Positions 56,101-62,874 of a stretch of DNA of 64,000 bases are shown here, one piece after another. The notes under the pieces were generated by a model that saw only the letters and a program-made list of their open reading frames with translations, was not told the origin of the DNA and did no database searches. Source of the DNA: Thermoplasmata archaeon (lineage in GTDB: Archaea; Thermoplasmatota; Thermoplasmata; Lutacidiplasmatales; UBA184); NCBI GenBank assembly GCA_021844945.1, contig JAKBSJ010000003.1:32565-96564 (forward strand), written 5' to 3'. Each line of letters opens with the position of its first letter. Position 1 is the first letter of the stretch. Position numbers and translations under genes: made by a program.

Positions 56101-56651
56101 TAACAATAGATCAGGACGAGGATGATGAATGTGTAGAAGCTGAGGTAGTCGGCATACCCCCAGATCGACTCGCTGATGCTCGCCGGCAAGAACGGGAAGA
56201 TCATCGCGGCGATCAGGCCCGTGCGTCGGTCGCCGACCTCCCGGCCGATCAGATAGATCGGGAACACGCTCAGGGCCGCCCAAAGGGGAGACTGGAGGTT
56301 TAGGAAGAACGCTCCTGCTTCCTGGGCATTGCCGCCGAAGAACGGGGCGAAGAGGATCCCCAGGATCGCGTTCATCCAGTCGAACAGCGGCTCCCGGGGG
56401 TTGATCGCGCCGACCGGGTACTTGAGCAACGGATCGACGATGAGGTTCGTGTGATTCAGTATGATGTACTGCATCACGCGGGAGTGGTAGTACGAGTCGG
56501 AGCCGCCGGCGTAGACGTAAAGGTTACCGAACTGTTGGATGATCGGATAGACGAACTCCGTCCGGATCAAGAAGGCGAGCGAAAATGCGAGCAGCAGGAC
56601 AGCGATGGTCCAGAAGTGGCGGCTCCACCACCCTTTTGAATCGTTGTCCAT
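50106..56651 (-). CDS. aglB: Giant oligosaccharyltransferase AglB/STT3 (2181 aa) fused to a long sequon-rich beta-sandwich repeat region
   Basis: The N-terminal approximately 900 aa form a polytopic STT3 domain with the WWDYG motif (VVAWWDYGFQ). The C-terminal approximately 1280 aa carry carboxypeptidase-regulatory/Ig-like repeats (e.g. GTVTLPNGAPVAGARVTVND...GQYSVILPPG) with dozens of N-x-S/T sequons. The protein ends in a TM helix and RRWRRW. Confidence 0.9.
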   Translation of the reverse strand: MDNDSKGWWSRHFWTIAVLLLAFSLAFLIRTEFVYPIIQQFGNLYVYAGGSDSYYHSRVMQYIILNHTNLIVDPLLKYPVGAINPREPLFDWMNAILGILFAPFFGGNAQEAGAFFLNLQSPLWAALSVFPIYLIGREVGDRRTGLIAAMIFPFLPASISESIWGYADYLSFYTFIILVLIYCYIRTVKSVGSRRWVESYRSPRSIYSGLVGFLRGERTAVKWAVFTGVTFGALALAWQGYTYGVAVIGVFLVLMVLIERVRRVDSFGLYVATAIVGLVGFPMAMPYYYVQGDFISWFDLPLLLFFGALIILIPFMMMRDLPWVVSIPTFVALVVAAMAALLVVDPAYFTAIVTGQGYFIKTLIYSTVAEDVSPSFDTLVIAFGVITFFLAFVGLALIAWALAKGRFRQRWLLVILIFGVLSVYLPISASKFLLLASPAFALLPAEAVRRLWDLGSYSELRQSMRSLTDTRSRLTAFRKSFKAHHILIILLVVGLLVPNIWYGIDAGIPSNTKAAASTQVYDTFPSWLRPAASDASSFYFGATGASLDTPNLYDSAGYNWLAQQQTAVPEPNRSAVVAWWDYGFQTIDQGQHPSVADDFQNGIDPSGQFLLAQNQSIALGVLTTTLLNGEQTKSGLPYLPVALNQMLASAGLNLSYLHNALVNWSWDYKTVVANPGLYLPVDASTLTPENAMFMVVSYYIAGALSPNGVAQVYNNVQQYTGWTIRYAMADTRLIPFSGSDTGIYYAPADLTGRGLDAGGNPGIYFNVTVLGSNGKYYPEGEVPAGVSAVNYYISYFAPFYNSMIYRIYFGYNGTQVGKSTGIPGLEGSVASDPVMPGWMMSHFEVQYQTAYYCDNASRASNSNCYVAMNKPQAEALAGSGIGVANTSANDYFSGGESILVYYSGETMTGTVTLPNGAPVAGARVTVNDEFGIPHMSVITGPQGQYSVILPPGNDTVNVTIGTLNGITQQGNILLDSIPISVPNAIGFSLQPITVQRTITVGASVVDGLVYWNLANSTVYQTSDLPVPDARVVLYGVANGTAVTATTDAGGTFRLSNVAPGVYNESVLYDGTNYTLPGNITVDSSLSPVNASFGLTPGNITGRVTNAIGDVIQGATVTIGSSTGRVLTTTTNLTGTYDIPNLSPGNYTITAVGPGANMRSLGTTTVISEIGAKLSINLTEYPSALATLTVSAAGAPVANTPIRLTSLPNFGSSASVASLSSALENSTVLYTNSVGSASAYLPLGNYTAYASTYVGAGLETALGTFRVSSPGAPVPVPTLELAPANWLTGTVRNSGAGVGASSVVFAYDAQGNVTAVATNGSFSLALPSGTYSLLTLQAGSGSSSSLYAALQSVAVSGPTSVTIVPVTAVRTTFTVSATLPSGVLYPVANANVTIRIGISGGPSVPVVTGSSGTVSYIVPAALPDNETYCLGASAVGYSPASECIAPGSLPSVSRLPISFAPVTLTLPISGTTSSTLTTIYLNGTSATAGTYVAQGYSSASLTITPGTYSVQAYAPGEPNVTRYSSAPGGSFSVALGRSQVTEAVSLVRERNTTGTLRLPNGMPSSAVTLRLTGSTGFNLTVSGAAYTSGFYAPVGTYSAYFFGAHAGLNYTNLTVISVPTTGSISTPLRLSLVGVTVSGSLMTATDVPIIANTTVTFTTASGAVAAARTAYGNYTLVLAASTTYSVSARTIGTVVGPNGSYAVSYATATGANTCALGRTGATCNVRMVGTTQLVWFNGTVAAPGLASATLSLEGPYPSYALSTVSVVNGRFSVQLLPGAYAVYANATGAAELTGVTVLPQSGPFALTLSPSYPNEITPMPPGGIVNGSVALVTVRSAAGVVFEFPNVVVGSTLSVWLPTGGYVLGARATGYPYSVLSNATASQSVAVVSGSTATRLSLAWVLLPSVAGTVSGPTSVDLPANGGPVDFSVGLTNTGNVPVTVSLIASPAYWNMTTTLTDVSLSPGATASGAVRVIVPAGTAVTHPPLYLTVVTANGTAIGTIADTPTIHIAPRYAMVLESSATAPSVGPHQVEILFSVDNVGNAVIGLRLSVVDAPQLASLGWTSNILQGRTVVTTYSVSPGASEAFALNLTSGAIAVPPATAEVAVTILNESLNSQQTLTFSIPSTTVTVNPYTIVTGPGTGTAPVVYAEWLLIVLALVPTLVVGAIILVWRWNRTRRWRRW

Positions 56652-56700
56652 CGGTTACCGGAGAACCTCGCACCGGCGGGGGCGCGAGACTTTGAACCTC

Positions 56701-56708
56701 TATAAATA
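56701..56708 (-). promoter_or_regulatory. Candidate TATA box (TATAAATA / palindromic-like) upstream of aglB
   Basis: It is an AT island about 50 nt upstream of the aglB start, in GC-rich DNA. Confidence 0.35.
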
Positions 56709-56718
56709 GCCTGTCCTT

Positions 56719-56735
56719 CCCCGCCGATAGCGGGG
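56719..56735 (-). terminator. GC hairpin (CCCCGC-cgata-GCGGGG) downstream of the DUF35/thiolase operon
   Basis: It is a perfect 6-bp stem with a 5-nt loop, about 22 nt after the DUF35 stop. On the transcribed strand it is followed by the T-rich CTATTTATAG. Confidence 0.35.
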
Positions 56736-56756
56736 CTCGCCGGCGCGCCCGGACGC

Positions 56757-57311
56757 TCAGTCGACCGTGCGGAATCGATAGAAGACCCGGCCATCGGCCA
56801 AAGGGAGCGGCTCGACGCGAACCGCGCTTCCTATGTCCAATTCCTTCCACGGCCGACCGTCGATCCGGCCGAAGATGCGGAGCGGAACTCCATCCAGGTC
56901 GACCAGGCCGACGGCGAACGGAACGTCGGACTCCATCCCGAGCGGCGCGCCGGCAAGCACCGCGCTGAACGCGTAGATACGCCCGGTCGAAGGGAGGTCG
57001 ATCCACTCGAGATCCTCCGCATGACATGCGGGACAGGCGACGCGCGGCGGCCAGTGGAGGGCTCCGCAGCGTGGGCACCGCGTAGTGCAAAGAAGCCCTT
57101 CCTTCAATCGCTCGAAGAACCGGGCGAGCCGAGTCTGATCGGGCCCTTCCAGAGGGAAGAAGTCGAGGAGGAATGGGGTGGTGGCGGCCGGAGGCGCTTT
57201 CCCAGGGTCGCGCTTCTCGGCGACCGAGGATCGCTCCGTCACCGGTGGCGGTGCCTTCGCCGTTGCTTCCTCGGGCGGTGTGTCGCGGCGCGCCTTGGTC
57301 GTCGCGGACAT
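56757..57311 (-). CDS. DUF35 OB-fold / Zn-ribbon protein (thiolase-associated)
   Basis: The Zn-ribbon is CPRCGALHWPPRVACPACH. It is followed by the OB-fold (GRIYAFSAV...VGLVDLDG). The gene is ATGA-coupled to the thiolase. Confidence 0.85.
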   Translation of the reverse strand: MSATTKARRDTPPEEATAKAPPPVTERSSVAEKRDPGKAPPAATTPFLLDFFPLEGPDQTRLARFFERLKEGLLCTTRCPRCGALHWPPRVACPACHAEDLEWIDLPSTGRIYAFSAVLAGAPLGMESDVPFAVGLVDLDGVPLRIFGRIDGRPWKELDIGSAVRVEPLPLADGRVFYRFRTVD

Positions 57312-58498
57312 CAGCTCGCTCTTCCTCCCTCGTAGATCATGATCGAGTGCACGTTCGCGCTCCCCGAGAGGTTGTGCACGAGACCGTAGCGCGGGTCCGG
57401 CGCTTGGCGGCTCGGTGGCACTTGATGGGAGAGCTGCTGGAAGATCTCAACCGATTGGGCGATCCCCGTGGCTCCGAGAGGGTGGCCGCAACCTAGGAGG
57501 CCTCCCCTCGGGTTGACGACGACGTCGCCGCCAACATCCGAGCGGCCATCGAGGACGAACTTTCCTCCTTCGCCGCGGGGACACCAACCGAACGCCTCGT
57601 ACTCGACGATCTCGGAAATGGAGAAGCAGTCATGGATCTCCGCCACGTCGATGTCCTGGATCGTGAGTCCGGCACGGCCGAGAGCTTCGCGCGCCGCATG
57701 GGTAAGTCCCTTCCAGTCGGTGAGGGGGCCCGCATGTGCGAGATTGTGGAAGTCCGAATACTGGCCGGTTCCTCGGATCCATGCGGGGGAATCGGTGTAC
57801 CGGTACGCGCGATCCTCGGCGGCCAGGACCACCGCGGCCGCCCCGTCGGTCATGCTCGAGCAGTCCCCGAGGCGCAGCGGAGGCGCGACGACCGGAAGCC
57901 GCGCCAGTTTCGCCCGGTCGAAGGTCTTCGAGTAGAACTGGGCGTGCGGGTTCGTGTTCGCGAACCGGTGGTTCTTGACCGAGACTGCAGCCAGCTGTTC
58001 CTCGGTGGTTCCGTACTCGCGCATGTGGCGCTGGGCCACCATTGCGAAGAACGGGGGTGCGGTCGCGCCGTGGGGTCCGTCCCAGGCGCGGTCCATGACA
58101 CATCCCATCGAAGTGTTCGCCTCGGCCATGGACGGGAGGTTCATCTTCTCGATGCCAACGGCGACGGCCACATCCGAAAGCCCAGCGGCGATCGCAGCGT
58201 ACGCGGATCGGATCGCCGACTGCCCGGAGGCGCAGGCGAGCTCCGTACGCTGGAGGATCCGATGTGGGGTGAGACCCATCTGCTCAGCGGCGAGCGGAGC
58301 CACATGGGACTGGAAGGCGAAACGCTCGGGCTCGGCCGCTCCGACGAACAGCGAGTCGACATCCTCGCTGCGCAGCTCGGGTTCGGCTCGGAACAGCGCG
58401 GCTCCGATCTCCTGCGCCATCTCGCTCCACGTGGTGGGCCGGACGCCGAACGGCGTCGTCGCGCCCGCGACGATCGCCACCCTACGGACCGCGCTCAT
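57311..58498 (-). CDS. Thiolase-family acetyl-CoA C-acyltransferase (archaeal/SCP-x type)
   Basis: LACASGQSAI places the catalytic Cys. NPRGGLLGCGHPLGATG is the C-terminal thiolase signature. Confidence 0.9.
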   Translation of the reverse strand: MSAVRRVAIVAGATTPFGVRPTTWSEMAQEIGAALFRAEPELRSEDVDSLFVGAAEPERFAFQSHVAPLAAEQMGLTPHRILQRTELACASGQSAIRSAYAAIAAGLSDVAVAVGIEKMNLPSMAEANTSMGCVMDRAWDGPHGATAPPFFAMVAQRHMREYGTTEEQLAAVSVKNHRFANTNPHAQFYSKTFDRAKLARLPVVAPPLRLGDCSSMTDGAAAVVLAAEDRAYRYTDSPAWIRGTGQYSDFHNLAHAGPLTDWKGLTHAAREALGRAGLTIQDIDVAEIHDCFSISEIVEYEAFGWCPRGEGGKFVLDGRSDVGGDVVVNPRGGLLGCGHPLGATGIAQSVEIFQQLSHQVPPSRQAPDPRYGLVHNLSGSANVHSIMIYEGGRAS

Positions 58499-59628
58499 CT
58501 TCGCTCGCCCCTCAGGGCTGCGGCTACACTGTCGCCGGCCTCGCTCGTCGTCGTCGTGCCACCTTGATCATAGGTTCTCGCCGTGCCGGCCGCCAGCACG
58601 GAGGCGATCGCACGCTCGAGCCGGTCCGCCTGCGCGAGGAGCCCAGGGTCCGCGCGCTTGTCCCCAAGATAGCGGAGCATCATCTCGATGGCGAAGAAGG
58701 TTGCGAACGGGTTCACCTGATTCTTGCCCGCATACTTGGGCGCGCTACCGTGGACCGGCTCGAACATCGCGTGCCGATCGCCGATGTTCCCCCCGGCGGC
58801 GAATCCCATTCCGCCTTGGAGGACGCTCGCGAGGTCCGTGATGATGTCGCCCATCATGTTCGTCGCGACGACGACATCGAAGTGCTCGGGGTTCCGCACG
58901 AGCCATTGAGTGAACGCATCGACGTACGCGTAATCGCGATCGATCGTCGGAAACTCGGGCGCGACGCGGTCGTAGGTCTCCCGGAAGAAACGACACCCCT
59001 CCATCACGTTGGACTTGTCCACGCACGTGAGACGTAGGTGTCGGTCCTCGGGCGCGCCGCGAGATCTTCGCACTGCGAGCTCGAACGCGCGTCGGATCAC
59101 ACGCTCCGCTCCTTTGCGGGTGATCAAGCGCGTGTCGACCGCGACCTCGGTATCCCCCCCTCGCGAGAGCCGACCGTGAAGGGGAGCGTAGAGGTCTTCC
59201 GTGTTCTCCCGGACGAGGACCATGTCGACCTTCTCGGGGGACCAGACTTGACGGTACTCCCCGCTGATGCGATGAACCACGCCCGGATACAGGCGGCACG
59301 GGCGCACGTTCGCGTACAGGTCGAGCTTGGAGCGCATCCCCAGAACGAGGGCCGCACCCGCGATGTTTCCATCCGGGAGCGAGACGCCGGGCCAGCCGAC
59401 GGCTCCCAGCAGGATCGCATCCGCTCGCTCGGCGGCCTCTTCTCCTTCGGGCTCCCATTCGCGCCCGGTCTTCTGATAGTACTGCGCTCCCCCGGGATAG
59501 TCGGTCAGGTGCCAAGCGGCGCGTCCGTTCTCGCCCAGCGCAGCGAGGACCTTCTCTCCCTCGCGGATGACCTCGGGCCCCGTGCCATCCCCGGCGTAGA
59601 CCGCGATCTCGCTGGCGGCGGACCTCAT
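58495..59628 (-). CDS. leuB: 3-isopropylmalate / homoisocitrate dehydrogenase family (beta-decarboxylating)
   Basis: IAVYAGDGTGPEV, LVRENTEDLY and ATNMMGDIITDLAS match the LeuB/Icd family. Confidence 0.85.
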   Translation of the reverse strand: MRSAASEIAVYAGDGTGPEVIREGEKVLAALGENGRAAWHLTDYPGGAQYYQKTGREWEPEGEEAAERADAILLGAVGWPGVSLPDGNIAGAALVLGMRSKLDLYANVRPCRLYPGVVHRISGEYRQVWSPEKVDMVLVRENTEDLYAPLHGRLSRGGDTEVAVDTRLITRKGAERVIRRAFELAVRRSRGAPEDRHLRLTCVDKSNVMEGCRFFRETYDRVAPEFPTIDRDYAYVDAFTQWLVRNPEHFDVVVATNMMGDIITDLASVLQGGMGFAAGGNIGDRHAMFEPVHGSAPKYAGKNQVNPFATFFAIEMMLRYLGDKRADPGLLAQADRLERAIASVLAAGTARTYDQGGTTTTSEAGDSVAAALRGERR

Positions 59629-60155
59629 GGAGATACCGGGTCCCGGGACGAAGGACGGTTCGCGAGCTCGCGACGGACCTTCTCGACGAGACCCCCGGCC
59701 TCGAGGAGGTCGATCAGATGCTGAGGGAGCGGTGGGAACGAGACGGACCCCCCGGTTCTCACGTTCGTGATCGTTCCTTCCCGCATCTCGATCCGCGCGA
59801 TGTCGAATCGGTCGAAGATCGCCCGGACGCCCGGTGCTTCGATCGTGGGGATGCCGAGGTTGATCGAGTTGCGAAAGAAGATCCGGGCGAAGGAATCCGC
59901 GACGATCGCGCCGACTCCGGCCGCTCGCAGAGCCTGCGGTGCGTGCTCCCGGCTCGACCCGCTGCCGAAGTTCGCGTCCGCGACGAGGATGTCACCGGGC
60001 TTCGATTGGCTCGCGAACTCCGGGAGCCCGATCTCCAGGACCTTCGTCTTGAGGATGTTCGGATCGATGATCGTGAGGTACTTCCCCGAGATGATCTGGT
60101 CCGTGTCCACGTCGCGTCCCAGCGTCCATACCCGACCTTCGATGATCTCCCGCAC
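59625..60155 (-). CDS. leuD: 3-isopropylmalate dehydratase small subunit (LeuD-type)
   Basis: VREIIEGRVWTLGRDVDTDQIISGKYL. A GTG start at 60155 is inferred; the ATG-initiated 243-aa ORF overlaps leuC and is rejected. There are 23 nt after the leuC stop. Confidence 0.75.
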   Translation of the reverse strand: MREIIEGRVWTLGRDVDTDQIISGKYLTIIDPNILKTKVLEIGLPEFASQSKPGDILVADANFGSGSSREHAPQALRAAGVGAIVADSFARIFFRNSINLGIPTIEAPGVRAIFDRFDIARIEMREGTITNVRTGGSVSFPPLPQHLIDLLEAGGLVEKVRRELANRPSSRDPVSP

Positions 60156-60178
60156 GGTTCTTCCATCTCCTGAAGGGA

Positions 60179-61465
60179 CTAAGCGTACTCTCGGGGGTCC
60201 GCGATCTCGCCCCGGATCGCCGCGGCGACGGTCGCGGCGGGCGACATCAGATAGATGCGTCCTTCCTTCGGGCCCATGCGGCCGGGAAAGTTTCGATTCG
60301 AGGAAGATGCGCAGACCTCGTCGGGCGCGATGATCCCCATGTTCCCCCCGAAACACGCCGAGCAGCTAGAGTTCGTGAAGACCGCCCCCGCGTCGGTATA
60401 GAGATCGACGAGGCCCTCGCTCAGGCACTGGCGGTAGATGGCGGTCGAAGCCGGAGAGACGATGAATCGGACTCCGGCGTGCACCTTGCGCCCTTTGAGG
60501 ACCGCCGCTCCTTCTCGGAGGTCTTCGATCCGAGCGTTCGTGCACGATCCCAGGAACGCTTGGTCGATGCGAACGTGTTCGCGCGCGACATCCGGCAACG
60601 GCCGAACGTTGTCCGGCGAGTACGGGCATGCGACCATCGGGGGCATCCCATCGACATCGATCTCGACGGTGCGCTCGTACTGGGCATCGGTGTCGGCGTA
60701 CACCGGATGCATCGAATGCTTCGCAATCCCGGAAAGGTAGTCACGAGTTTTCGAATCGGGGGCGACCATACCGCACTTTGCTCCCATCTCGGTCGTCATG
60801 TTACAGATCGTGAGGCGTTCGGGCATCGAGAGGCGCTCGATGGTCGGGCCGGTCCACTCGACGGCTTTGTAGGTGGCTCCCGTCGTCTTCACTTCTCCGA
60901 GGGCTCGGAGGACAAGATCCTTGGCGGTGACCCCGGGTCCGAGCTTACCGCGCACGTTAATCCGCACCGTTGTGGGCACCTTCAACCACAATCGACCGAG
61001 GGCCAGGACCGCCGCCATCTCCGTAGGTCCGATTCCTGCGGCGACGGCCCCCATCGCACCGAGCATGTTGGTGTGCGAGTCCGTTCCGACCGCGAGGTCG
61101 CCCGGCACGACCCAGCCATTCTCGGCAAGGATCTGGTGGCAGATCCCGTGGTTGCCGACGTCGTAGAAATGGGGAAGGTGAACCTCGTCCGCAAACTTGC
61201 GCAGGATCCGGTGAAGGACGGCCGCGCCTTCGGTCGAGGCCGGGACCCAGTGATCGATCGCGATCACCACGCGATCGGGATCCCAGACCCGGGTCGCCCC
61301 CATCTCGTGGAACGGTTGGACGGTCTGGGCCCCCTGCTCGTGCATCATCGCGAGGTCGACTCGGCCCTCGATAATCTCGCCAGGGACGACCGAGTCCCTC
61401 CCACCGGCCCGTGCGAGGATCTTCTCTGCGAGCGTAGCACCGTGACCGCGGGACGTGGCGCTCAC
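60179..61465 (-). CDS. leuC: 3-isopropylmalate dehydratase large subunit (LeuC-type aconitase-fold)
   Basis: The aconitase-family Fe-S motifs are VGTDSHTNM and GSCTNARIEDL...NSSCSACFG. Confidence 0.9.
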   Translation of the reverse strand: MSATSRGHGATLAEKILARAGGRDSVVPGEIIEGRVDLAMMHEQGAQTVQPFHEMGATRVWDPDRVVIAIDHWVPASTEGAAVLHRILRKFADEVHLPHFYDVGNHGICHQILAENGWVVPGDLAVGTDSHTNMLGAMGAVAAGIGPTEMAAVLALGRLWLKVPTTVRINVRGKLGPGVTAKDLVLRALGEVKTTGATYKAVEWTGPTIERLSMPERLTICNMTTEMGAKCGMVAPDSKTRDYLSGIAKHSMHPVYADTDAQYERTVEIDVDGMPPMVACPYSPDNVRPLPDVAREHVRIDQAFLGSCTNARIEDLREGAAVLKGRKVHAGVRFIVSPASTAIYRQCLSEGLVDLYTDAGAVFTNSSCSACFGGNMGIIAPDEVCASSSNRNFPGRMGPKEGRIYLMSPAATVAAAIRGEIADPREYA

Positions 61466-62709
61466 GCCGTCACCTTGATCCCGGATTGAGCGACCATCGC
61501 CCAGAACTCCGCATCGGAGATCCCCGGCTGCTCGAAGAGGGCGCGGTACTCTTTCAGGAAACGACGGAGCTCCGTCTTCGAGCGGGACTCGCTCGTCGCC
61601 TTCACGCGTTGAAGCAGCTCGAGAAGTACAGGATCGCTAGGTACAATGCCGCGCTCTTTGAGCTTCTCGCTCAACGCGGCCTTCCCGGTATGCTTTCCGA
61701 TGACCATCTGCCGGCGACGGCCAATCGCTTCGGGCTGCATCGGTTCATAGGTTGCGGTGTGTGCGAGGATTCCGTGGGTGTGGATCCCCGCCTCGTGCGA
61801 GAAGGAGAAGTAACCGACCAGCGCCTTGTTCGCCGGCACCGGGATTCCCGAGAGTTCCTCCACGAGGCGGGAGAGCTCGTAGATTCGTTCGGTCTTAAGG
61901 CCGGTATGCACCCCGTAGAGCCGCTCGAGGATGAAGGCCACCTCCTCGAAAGCGGCGTTGCCGCTGCGCTCTCCGAGGCCGTTGACGCACGTGTGAGGCG
62001 CAACCGCGCCGACCTCCAGGGCCGCGAGCGTATTGGCGGTCGCGAGGCCGAAATCGTTGTGGCAGTGAACCGAGAGATCCTTGGGGTGGACACGACGCTG
62101 GAATTCGCCCAGCCACCAGCGGAAGGTCGTCGGTGTCATGATGCCGACCGTGTCGGCGACCACGAGGCGGTCGGCGCCAGCGTCCTGAACGTCTCGATAG
62201 AGCCGTTCGACAAAGTCGAGGGGAGCGCGAACGGTGTCCTCCGTGACAAACGAGACGTGCAGACCGGACTCCTTCGCCCGTCGCACGCATTGGAGGGCGG
62301 CCTCTCGCACTTCTGCCTGAGTCATTTTGAGCTTGTAGCGCAGGTGCACGTTGCTCGCCGCGACGAAGATGGCGATGTGGGTCGCTCCGCTCTTGATCAC
62401 GGCATCGACGTCTGCGAGGACTGTCCTCGCCGAACCGAGGATGTGGGAGTGGAGGCCGGCGCTCGCGAGCCGGGCCACGCTTTTCGCCTCCTCCGCGGAG
62501 ACGACAGGAATCCCCGCGTCGATGATCGGGACCCCGATGTCGGAAAGGAGCTCCGCGATCTTCAATTTCTCTTCGGGAGAGTAATGAACGCCCGGCATCT
62601 GCTCGCCGTCGCGTAGCGTTTCATCCCAGAACACGATCGGGCTGGCGAAGTGCCGTTGGTCGGCGGTTCGGGGGTGGAAGTCCTCGATGAGGAGTTCCTC
62701 GGTGCTCAT
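61462..62709 (-). CDS. Short-form 2-isopropylmalate / citramalate / homocitrate synthase family (HMGL-like), 415 aa
   Basis: The DRE TIM barrel carries LRDGEQ and HCHNDFGLATANTLAALEVG. It lacks the long LeuA C-terminal regulatory domain and is coupled to leuC. Confidence 0.85.
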   Translation of the reverse strand: MSTEELLIEDFHPRTADQRHFASPIVFWDETLRDGEQMPGVHYSPEEKLKIAELLSDIGVPIIDAGIPVVSAEEAKSVARLASAGLHSHILGSARTVLADVDAVIKSGATHIAIFVAASNVHLRYKLKMTQAEVREAALQCVRRAKESGLHVSFVTEDTVRAPLDFVERLYRDVQDAGADRLVVADTVGIMTPTTFRWWLGEFQRRVHPKDLSVHCHNDFGLATANTLAALEVGAVAPHTCVNGLGERSGNAAFEEVAFILERLYGVHTGLKTERIYELSRLVEELSGIPVPANKALVGYFSFSHEAGIHTHGILAHTATYEPMQPEAIGRRRQMVIGKHTGKAALSEKLKERGIVPSDPVLLELLQRVKATSESRSKTELRRFLKEYRALFEQPGISDAEFWAMVAQSGIKVTA

Positions 62710-62809
62710 CCCTCAGAGCGACCGTGGCCCCTCTGATAACCTTGGCGCGACGCGGTGTAGCGCTCATCGGCCGGGAAGAGCACCCTGCCCGTAACTCGTG
62801 GCCCATCCG

Positions 62810-62817
62810 TTAAATAG
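62810..62817 (+). promoter_or_regulatory. Candidate TATA box (TTAAATAG) for the oxidoreductase gene
   Basis: It is an AT island about 58 nt upstream of the ATG at 62875. Confidence 0.3.
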
Positions 62818-62874
62818 ACTACCCGGTTCAAATCGGCCGGAGACCCGGCGAACGCTAGGGGGAAGGGATCTATC

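Noticed and set aside
59625-60356. 243-aa LeuD ORF with ATG start
   Set aside because: The ATG-initiated extension overlaps the leuC 3' end by about 180 nt and is arginine-rich. LeuD homology starts at VREIIEGRVW, so the GTG at 60155 is used.
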